Of a stretch of 64,000 nucleotides of DNA, positions 38,854 through 48,355 are shown one piece after another; the first letter of the stretch is position 1; each line of letters starts with the position of its first letter. The translations under genes and the position numbers were made by a program. The notes beneath the pieces are model-generated. The model did no database searches and had not been told where the DNA came from. It saw nothing but the letters and a program-made list of their open reading frames with translations. The stretch covers positions 139,564,001 through 139,628,000 of the forward strand of contig CM059431.1 of the NCBI GenBank assembly GCA_030390025.1, read 5' to 3'. Origin of the DNA: Squalus acanthias. Lineage: Eukaryota.

Positions 38854-39432
38854 AACCCTCTATTTACCCATAGATTGTGTTTAGCTGACTGAAGCACATT
38901 TGCAGACTGCAAGACGCCACTTCACTTATCAAACTTCGGAATGTGTGTATTCGCAGCCTCAGTAAAGCCATTGACTAAACACGGCCTGTCCTCCCAGGAA
39001 ATAAGGGTACAATTAACAACCAACATTGTTCCAGTCACAGGGTACATGAATCACTGCGGCCTTGTAGCCATCCTGCTTGTTCGACATTTAAGGATAAAAC
39101 ATATTTTCTCAAACTATAAACTATGCCGACAACGGGGAAGAGATAAAAGCAGGAATGTGGTGAGTAGGATGAGACAACCAACATCTGTGACTTGCATGGT
39201 CAGAGGGAATCCGAGTTGAAGGGGAGGGCCCGACAGTTGAGTGACTAACCACATAAGCCAATAAAGAGTAACTGTTGTGTCACTGTTTGTACGTGTACGT
39301 CCACATTCTGTAGTAGGTGGGCGTTGCTTATAGAATTCTATAACTTGAATGAACCGCTACTTTTCCTCGAGAGTGCACCCCTAGCTTGAGGAAGCTGAGT
39401 GGCTCATCCTTGTGCACAACTCTTTTGGTTAT

Positions 39433-40209
39433 TGTAATACATTCTGAACTTGTCCTCAATTCCGCCTCCGTCTGGGGTTTCTCCAAATTCGAATCTAACA
39501 CAGATTTCACAAAGGGTTTTAGCAGTTGCAAGGCTTTTATTAAAGAGCTTTATTTTTAAAGCATAACCAGATGTTACATATGGTTTAAGCTGAGTATAAC
39601 AGTCGTACAACCCGTGACAGTAGAGAGCGATCTACGACTCCCGAATCGGAATGACACGACCGGACGCACGGGGAGGCAGTACGGTGGTCTTGGATTGGGT
39701 GGATTCCTGCAGTCTGCTGCAGCGGTCACTTCCATTGGCTCACCTCTCTAGCTGTTGGAGGTGTTAGGCCAACTCAGAGGCTAAACTTGACCAAAGTATT
39801 AGTCCGTAGCCATCTCTCGATGGTCTATATTTATAGTTATTTCGGTGGGATGGTAATCACCTGGTGTCAATCATTTGATCCCCCATCCTATTGTCCAATT
39901 GTGAAGCGGGAAAGCATCCCGCGCCGTCCCTTTCGGCATGACTGACAAGGTCTCCGTCTTATCTTTCTGAGGCATGTTTTGTTATGTTTCTTTAAGGACA
40001 TTGTATGACTTTTCGGCTTCATTTTTATCTATTATCCCACCACCCTGTGTTGTTTTGCATTTTACGATTCCCTTATCACTTCTATTTTTCTTTTGATGCT
40101 TGACATTCGACCTTGCTCGCATTTTTGCTATCTGTTCCCAGCTGCATGTTTGTCAGTCGCTGTTCTAAGGGTTAAAATCCATCTATGAAACTAACAGCTA
40201 CTTCTAACA
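39433..40209 (-). mobile_element. Solo LTR related to the LTRs at 53135 and 57315
   Basis: The reverse complement shares GAAATAACTATAAATATAGAC, GGAAGTGACCGCTGCAGCAGACTGCAGGAATCCACCCAATCC and CTTTAATAAAAG with those LTRs. TG..CA ends give ~777 bp. Confidence 0.8.
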
Positions 40210-42485
40210 ACTGGGAGAAGGCGATTGAGAAGGATTCTTGCGATGACTTTCCCTGTGGCAGACAGCAGGGAAAGCCCTCTGTAATTACCACAATCGGACT
40301 TTTCACCTTTCTTGAAGATGGTAACAATTACGAAGTCTCTGAGATCGCCTGGCATGCTCTCCTCCTTCCAGATAAGACAAATTAGTTCATGAATTCGCAC
40401 CAGTAGTGCTTCTCCGCCATGCTTTAGTGCCTCGGCAGGGATTCCATCTGTTCCTGAGACCTTCTTGTTCTTCAGTTGTCGGATGGCCTTTTCAACCTCA
40501 TGCCGGGCTGGGGTTGTGCTGAGATGGTGGCGGGTAGCATGCTGCGGGATGGAGTTGAGGACACTCGCGTCGAAGACAGAGTCTTGGTTCAGGCGATCTT
40601 CGAAGTATTCCTTCCAGCGGGCACTGACTGCGTCTCTGACCTTGATGAGTACCTCTTCATTCTTGGCCAGCAGTGGTGTAGGACCTTGGGTGCTTGGGTC
40701 GTAGATGGTCTTGAGTGCACTAAAGAATCCACGCACATCGTTGTTCTCGGCTAGCTGCTGGATCTCCTCCAATTTCTCTTTTATGGTGAAGCCTACCCCA
40801 TGGAGGCGGCGTTCTTCTTCAAGATTGCCTTTCCAGAAGAAAGTGTAGCCACCGCCTTGCTCCTTGAGCAGGCCTTCAATTATTGTGGCGATGTCAATGT
40901 CGAAAAGTCTGAGCTCTCGGGCAATGGTAGCATTACGGCATTACTGTCTGTCACTCATGCGGTTGTACATGAGGGTTCTGACTTTCCAGGTCCCGAACTT
41001 CATTTTAAAGGGTGAAAGATGCCTGTGCGTGAATTCTTCTAACGTGGGGTGGCCGTTGCACACCAACTACCACACGGGCTTGACAGAGCAAGGTCTTGGT
41101 CCAATGGAAAGGGGAACCAAGACGATTGGAGACCAAGCTCTGCTACAACGGCCTCGCACACACACACCATCTGTTCTTTAGGTCGCGAGTTTTTTGTTGG
41201 ACCTCGGCCTTCTGGCCTCTGTAGAGCTGCTTTCTTGTTCTCGAGTTCTGTTCTGATTCCAGATCAGGAATGCCTTGCGCTTGCAGCTTATTAGCTCCTG
41301 GATCTCCTGGTCATTCTCATCAAACCAGTCTTGTTGTTTCCTGGTCGAGTGACCGAGCGTCTCTTCACAGGTGTTGATTATGGAGGCCTCTTGTGCAGAC
41401 CAGGTGCTGTGGACACTCTGTTTCTCTGCATCACTGGGAGTCGTTAGGTTGTTTGTGAGGCACAGGCTGAATAGAGCTTTCTTAGCAGGGTCTTTGCGTG
41501 CTCCAGCGTTGATTTTCCTGCGGCATTGTTTCTGTTGCCACCGCTATTTTGGGGCTACATTGATGGAGATCACAGAACGGATTAGGCGGTGGTCTGTCCA
41601 GCAGTCGTCAGATCTTGTCATGGCACAGGTGACGCATACGTCCTTGCGGTCCCTCGCTCAGACGATGACGTAGCCCAGCAGATGGCAGTGCTTGGAGCGA
41701 GGGCTCTGCCATAAAGCCCTGTACTTGTCTCTCTGATGGAACAAGGTGTTGGTTATGACAAGGCCATGTTTTAAGCATTTCGACAGGAAGAGCGTACCGT
41801 TGGAGTTGGCTTTCCCTACCCGCTCTCTGCCGATCACACCTTCACAGAGGTCTGTGTCCTATCCAACTCCGGCATTAAATTCGCCAAGGAGGTTCAGCTT
41901 GTCACCCGTTGGGACTCGGGACAGGGATTGTTCAAGGTTGGAGTAGAATTCCTCTTTGGTCTCGTCTGTGTCTTCCAGTGTTGGTGTGTACTCACTGATG
42001 AAGGTAGTGCACTGGTTCAGGGCTAGGGTGAGCCGAAGAGTCATGAGGCGCTCGTTCATACCGCGAGGAGAGTCTCTGAGGCGCCCAAATAGTTCATTTT
42101 TTATGGTGAAGCCTACCCCATGGAGGCGGCGTTCTTCTTCAAGATTGCCTTTCCAGAAGAAAGTGTAGCCATCGCCTTGCTCCTTGAGCAGGCCTTCATT
42201 TATTGTGGCGATGTCAATGTCGAAAAGTCTGAGCTCTCGGGCAATGGTAGCAGTACGGTATTACTGTCTGTCACTCATGGGGTTGTACATGAGGGTTCTG
42301 ACTTTCCAGGTCCCGAACTTCATTTTAAAGGGTGAAAGATGCCTGTGCGTGAATTCTTCTAACGTGGGGTGGCCGTTGCACACCAACTACCACACGGGCT
42401 TGACAGAGCAAGGTCTTGGTCCAATGCAAAGGGGAACCAAAACGATTGGAGACCAGGCTCTGCTACAACGGCCTCGCACACACGC
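40210..42485 (-). mobile_element. RTE-clade (BovB-like) LINE, 5' half, with a copy of its own 5' end inserted internally
   Basis: APE motifs (NERLMTLRL, KEEFYSNL, GEFNAGVG) and RT start (GTDGIPAE, DCGNYRGLSLLS). 40780-41165 duplicates 42100-42485. Confidence 0.88.
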
Positions 42486-42744
42486 ACAAACATACTTCCC
42501 TGATCTCCCCGCTTTTACATCCCATGACATCACTATTATCAAGAGCCCTGCATACAACTCACACCAGAGTTTTTCATGCTTTGCTGTTCATTAACTCTAC
42601 GTTTGTAACGATGTCTCAGCAATGACTAATACATCATAGCTTTTAAGCTGAATTTGTGATTCTAAATTATATCTTATGCTACGTGCATTCATGTACTGAA
42701 ATAAACCTGCAAATATATAACAACAGATTGTCAACATTATATAG

Positions 42745-44560
42745 GTAGGTAAATGGAAGAGATTAGCGAAAGTAAACGTTGGTCCCTGACAGGCAGAGAC
42801 AGGAGAAATTATCATGGGAATAAGGAAATGGCAGAGACATTAAACAAATACTTTCTATCTGTCTTCATGGATGAAGACAAAAACAAAATTCCGAAAATAA
42901 TGTGGAACCACGGGTCTCATGAGAATGAGGAATGCAATGAAATTAGTGTTCGTAAAGAAATAGTAATTGAGATATTAATGGGACTAAAAGCGAGCAAATC
43001 CCCTGGACCTGATGGCCTGCATCCTAGAGTTTTCAAAGTGGTGTCTGCAGAGATAGTTGATGCATTGGTTGTGATCTTCCAAAATTCCCTAGATTCTAAA
43101 ATGGACCCCGCGGATTGGACGATCTCACAGGTAATCCGGCCATTCAAGAAAGCGTGGAGAGAGAAAACAGTGAACTATAGGCCAGTTTTAGCCTGACATC
43201 AATAGTTGTGCAAATGCTGGAATCTGTTATTAGGGGCGTAGCAACTTCGAAAATCATATTATGATGGGGCAGAGTCAACATGGATTAATGAAAGGAAAAA
43301 CTTGTTTGACAAATCTAATAGAATTTTTTGAAGTTGTAACTAACAGGGTAGATAAAGGGGAACCAGTGGATGTAGTTTATTTGGCTTTAAAGAAAGCATT
43401 CGACAAGATGCCGCACAAGAGGTTATTACAAAAGATTTGGGCTCATGGGTTGGGGTAATATATTAGCATGGATTGAGCATTTGTTAAAGGACAGCAAACA
43501 GAGAGTAGGAATAAATGGGTCATTATCGGGTTGGCTGGCTGTAACTAGTGGGGTACCACAAGGATCAGTGCTTGCTCCTCAGCTTACTACAATCTACATT
43601 AAGGACTTAGATGAGGGGACTGAATGTAATGTATCCAGGTTTCCTGATGACACAAAGTTAGTTGGAAAAGTAACTTGTGTGGATGAGGCACAGAGGCTGC
43701 AAAGGGATAGAGACATGTGAAGTGAGTGGGCAGGAGCAAGACAGATGGTATTTAAGGTGGCGATATGTGAAGTTATCCAGCTTGGTAGGAAAACATAGAA
43801 AAATTGAATATTTTTAAATGGTGAGAGATTGGGAAATATTGGCATTCACATGGCCCTGGGAGTCTTTGTACATGAATCACAAAAAGTGAACCTGCATTTA
43901 TAAAAGCAATTAGGAAAGCAAATGACATGTCAGCCTTTATTACAAAAGGATTGGAATATAAGATTAGAGTAGTGTTTCTGCAATTATATAGGGCCTTGGT
44001 GAGACCACACCTGGAGTACTGTGTGCAGTTGTGGTCTCTTTATCAAAGGAATGATATACTTGCCTTAGAGGGTGTGCAACGAAGGTTTACTAGACTGATT
44101 CCTGGGATGGGGCGTTGTCCTGAGAGGAGATATTATGTAGACCAGGCCTATATTCCCTAGAGTTTAGAAGCATGGGTGGTGATCACTTTTAAATGCATCT
44201 AATTCGTAAAGCGCTTTTCAGGGTAAATGCTGGGAGGATGTTTCCGCTGGCTGGGGAATCCAGAACTAAGCGTCTCTGTCTTAGAATAAGCTGTCGGCCA
44301 TTTAGGACTGAGAGCAGCAGACATTTCTTCACTGAAAGTGTGGTGAATCTTCGCAATTGTCCACCACAGAGGGCTGTGAAGGCTCAGTCGCTGAGCATAT
44401 TCAAGACAAAGATCAATAGATTTTTGGATAGTAATTGAATCAAGGGATATGGGTATAGGGCAGAAAGCTAGAGTTGAGGTAGAAGAACAGTCATTATCGA
44501 ATTGAATGGCGGAGCAGGCTCGAGGTTACGAAGGGCTTACTCCTGCTCCTATTTCTTATG
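42745..44560 (+). mobile_element. 5'-truncated CR1
   Basis: KSPGPDGLHPRV, KAFDKMPH, SGVPQGSVL, LVRPHLEYCVQ, 3' UTR. Confidence 0.92.
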
Positions 44561-44677
44561 TACTTATTTTCTTACTTGTGTCCCCCAGCACGTATAGCAC
44601 TGGTGCTGCAAATCTTGTCAGTACTGTGTCCCAGCAGTACATATAACACATATAGAGTGCCAGCTTTGGTTCATACA

Positions 44678-45110
44678 GTGTCAGCTGTGGCTCAGTTGGT
44701 AGCTCCCTCGCCTCTGAGTTAGAAGGCTGTGTGTTCAATTACCAGGGACTTGCGCGCAAAAAATTTAGGCTGACACTCCAGTGCAGTATTGAGGGAGTGT
44801 CGGAAGTGCCGTCTTTCGGATGAGACGTTAAAACGAGGCCCCATCCGCTCTCTCAGGTGGACGTAAAAGATCCTATGGCGCTATTTCGAAGAAGAGCAGG
44901 TGAGTTTCACAGGGTTTCCTAGATAATATCTATCTCTCAATCAACATTATCTGGTCATTATCACATTGCTGTTTCTGGGAGCTTTCTGTGCGCAAATTGG
45001 CTGCCGCGTTTCCTACATTACAACAGTAACTACAATTCAATAGGTACATTTGTAAAGCGCTTTGGGCCGTCCGTTGGTCGTGAAAGGCGCTATATAAATG
45101 CAAGTCTTTC
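44678..45110 (+). mobile_element. tRNA-derived Deu-domain SINE (SacSINE1-like), near full length
   Basis: A-box TGGCTCAGTTGG, core GCCGTCTTTCGGATGAGACGTTAAA...GAAGAAGAGCAGG, L2-like tail GGCGCTATATAAATGCAAGTCTTTC. Confidence 0.85.
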
Positions 45111-45139
45111 ATTGCTGCAAAACTGATCAGTCCCTGTCT

Positions 45140-45700
45140 CCCAGCAGTAGGTGTTCCACCAGAGCTGCAAAAGTAGAGTCATGGCCATTATTGCAGTAGT
45201 TGAGTCACCGTCATTGCAACAAGAGTGGGGCCTCGAACAGGAATAGAATCAGCTATAGCAGCGGACGAGCATTGTCACCTCCGGTGTAACTGTAGGCACC
45301 TTATTACCAGAAGAGCACGGTCATATCTAATGTATGTGTAGGGGTACCACTAGTACCATAGAAGCAGGATCACCACTGGTGTAATTTATGGAACCACTTG
45401 TACCAGATGACCACGTTCACCACTCATTTAAGTGCAGGGCTCCCACTATTGCCGGAGCAGGATGTTCAAATCTCCTGTAACTGTAGATTGCCACTAGCAC
45501 CGGAGGAGCACTTTCTCCACTAGTGTATGTGTAGTGGCCCCACCAGCAGAGGAGTAGCACGGTCAACTCGAGTTTAAGTGTAGGGTTCCACGAGTACAGG
45601 AGTAGCACGGTCACCTCTACTCGAGGTGTAGGTGTACTACAACTACAGGAGGTACACCGTTACTTTAAATACCGCAAGGCTGGGGTCATCACTAACATTA
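45140..45700. repeat. Highly degenerate ~48-bp tandem repeat
   Basis: Recurring GTGTAGG...CCAC..G.AC.GGAG.AGCACGGTCA units. The best-preserved units are at 45520-45640. Confidence 0.6.
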
Positions 45701-46097
45701 CAAGATTTGGTTCACCGCCTGTTCTGGAGGAGTTGGAGCACTGGGACTGAGTCAAGCGCAGGGTCAGGGTGTGAAGTGGATGGGGAGCTTCCTTCACTAC
45801 TCCAGTGGGAATAGGGTCAGCACCAGTACTGCGAGATTACACTTTCTACTTGCATAGAATGTTTTTTGAAAATTTCTAATAAAAATGTCCAACATTTCTC
45901 TTAATCTGACGTATGAGACAAAAGAAAACATAACTGAGTCTATTTGTTAAATGACTGTAACTAATGCTAATTATGACTTAACCTTATTGACTCGCTGGAG
46001 GATTGATGTGTGGATAAATATAGGTTCACTTCTATCGCCTCAGCCGTGCGCCAGTCAGAGTCCTTTAGCTCCAACAGAATTCATCCATTTTCAGGAT

Positions 46098-47531
46098 ATG
46101 GGGCGACCAACTATTTTGCTGATAAAAGATATTTACTTCCCGATTCTCGCAGCCGTCGGTGTCCCCGGTGAGCCATTTTAACCTGTTTGTTGATAATCGG
46201 TGTTAATTGTCTCTTTGTTATTTGTGCCTGATGGATAAGGTAACGCGTTCTCCGGTGTCAGCATTACACAGTCAGCAGTAATTGGATCTACTAGTGAACC
46301 GCCTGTCCGCACTTCCGTGTCCCCCTTTATCTGATGATGTTACTGATGTTACAATGTTCTTTAAAGCTCCAATACAAGGATTTTAGCGGTTTTCCGGACA
46401 GTCTTGTCACCCCGTGCAGAGTGAGCGCTGCAACAGCTCATTAAAATGTGTGGGTGGGTTTCCCAGGTAATGGGTCCAATACTAATCCTGTTCTCACACT
46501 GCTCCGTGTGGATAATCACACTGAATGGAGTAAAATGCTCTCCACAGGGATCTCCATATATATTTCAATCAAACACTGGAACATAATTTCTCTCCTCTCT
46601 CTTTCTTACAGCGAACTTGGTGACAATTGTGATTCTCTCCCGAGGAAACTGCGGCCTTTCCAAGTGTATCTCTGTCTACATGGTGGCCATGGCAACATCA
46701 GACCTACTGGTCATGATCTTCAATGTAATGGTGTATTATATTTTCAGTTATCACTTTCCACTTTCATTCCTGTCGCAGACTCCCGTGTGTAAGTTCATTC
46801 TATACATCACGGCTGTCACCCTCGATTTGTCTGTTTGGTTCACCGTCACCTTCACATTTGACCGATGTGTAGTTATCTGCTGCCAGAAGTTTAAAGTAAA
46901 GTATTGCACCGAGAGAACTGCAGTCGCGGTTGTAACAACGTTCTCTGTTCTGATCTTGTTAAAGAACATACCCTTTATATTTGCATATGAATCTCAGCAA
47001 TTGATTAACAAGGTGCAGTGGGGCTGCCGGTCAAGTGTGGCCTTCTTTACCTCACCTCCAGGTGCAGCGTACTTCTGGTTTCACACAGTCTGGGTAGTTT
47101 GGCTTCCATTTACTTTAATCGCCTTGTGTAATTCTTTGACAATCAGACGTATTTTAGTGGCCAGTAGAGCCCGCAGGGGACTCCGGGGTAACAAGAGTGA
47201 GAATCAGTGTGATCCCGAGAGGGAGAACCGAAGGAAATCCATCATTTTACTCTTCACTATATCGGGCAGTTTTATATTATTGTGGCTGACAGTTGTCGTT
47301 AGTTTTGTAACTACCGGACTGACAAACCCCAATTATTACCGAGGCGACCGCACAAACCCAGCCTATATCGCCACTGAAACCGGAGCTATGCTGAAGCTTT
47401 TGAGTTCCTGTCTGAATCCGTCTATTTATGCAGCGACCCAGAGGAAATTCAGAGAAGAGCTGAAGAAGGTGCTGAAATCTCCCTGGACACTGATTCTAAG
47501 ATTGGTTAAAAATGAAATAAATACTAACTAG
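46098..47531 (+). CDS. Class A GPCR, GPR139/GPR142-like family; exons 46098-46167 and 46612-47531; 329 aa
   Basis: Exon 1 MGRPTILLIKDIYFPILAAVGVP with G|GTGAGC donor. A pyrimidine tract and ACAG acceptor restore the frame (...VPANLVTIVIL). Seven hydrophobic segments, SDLL in TM2, FDRC, CTERTA, NPSIY. Confidence 0.92.
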
Positions 47532-48318
47532 AGCTGACTTCGGAACATTAGAATTCAATTTTCGCTTATCATTGCAGCTTAGACTGTGGTTTCACTCCTT
47601 ACAACTACATCAAGATGGATCTTGTAAAATCTCACAGGTACGCAACTATATTTGTGCCCCTTGTGGAATTTAACCCAACATTGACACTGGGTTTCCACAG
47701 TTCGTTAACTGTTGACTCCTGACAAATAAGGACATTCCGCCTTCAGTATGAAACGTGTCAGTGATGAATGAAGTTTAATAATGGGTTGGAAAATTTACTC
47801 AAAGTGTTTAATATCTGACAGAGCGAGGACTGTAATTTAATTCTACCGAGTAACTGACAGGAAAATTCGCCAAATTTAGGATAACTTTCGGTCGTTTAGA
47901 AGTCCTGGTGACTTTACTTGCTCTAGCAGGTTTGCTGAAAATGTTGCTTGGACTGAGTGCAGTTGCACCGACCGCCTCATCCCGTCTCCTGGGAATAATA
48001 TGCCACTGTCTCGTTCCCAGTGTCGCGATTTTTCACCATTTTTTGATTGCTAATTGACGTTGCGTCATTTTACCTGCTTTTTTCTGACGTTACGATTAAT
48101 GAGAAATAGTTGAAGGCTGCTCACCTACTTTAAAATACTTCTGCCAGTGGATTTCACACTTCATTCAGCCTTAATCTGTCACATTAACACCACCTCTAGC
48201 CTTGCATATCTCTTAATGTCTCTTAATGTCTCTTCATCTCCCCCTTTGTTCCTTTATCCCCTCCCCCTTTTCCCAGCTTTACCCTGGCCTTAAATCTATT
48301 TGATTTCCGGCTCTTCCC

Positions 48319-48355
48319 AGTTCTGATGAAAGGTCATCGACCTGAAACGTTAACT
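48319..48355 (+). ncRNA. Minimal type I hammerhead ribozyme, 5' repeat
   Basis: AGTT-CTGATGA-AAGGTC(ATC)GACCT-GAAA-CGTT-AACT; palindromic AACGTT stem III. Confidence 0.85.

Larger units (their letters stand above)
33853..39432 (+). mobile_element. Defective endogenous retrovirus, lokiretrovirus-like (gag, deleted pro/pol, accessory ORF, env, PPT, 3' LTR)
   Basis: See the component features. The 5' LTR and PBS are missing. Confidence 0.8.
38561..39432 (+). repeat. 3' LTR of the ERV (3' end uncertain)
   Basis: PPT GGAAGGGGGAA at 38549-38559, then TG. AATAAA near 39260. Confidence 0.65.

Noticed and set aside
44678..44750. Functional tRNA genes here and at 60416-60505
   Set aside because: The A/B boxes run directly into SINE bodies and there is no complete cloverleaf.
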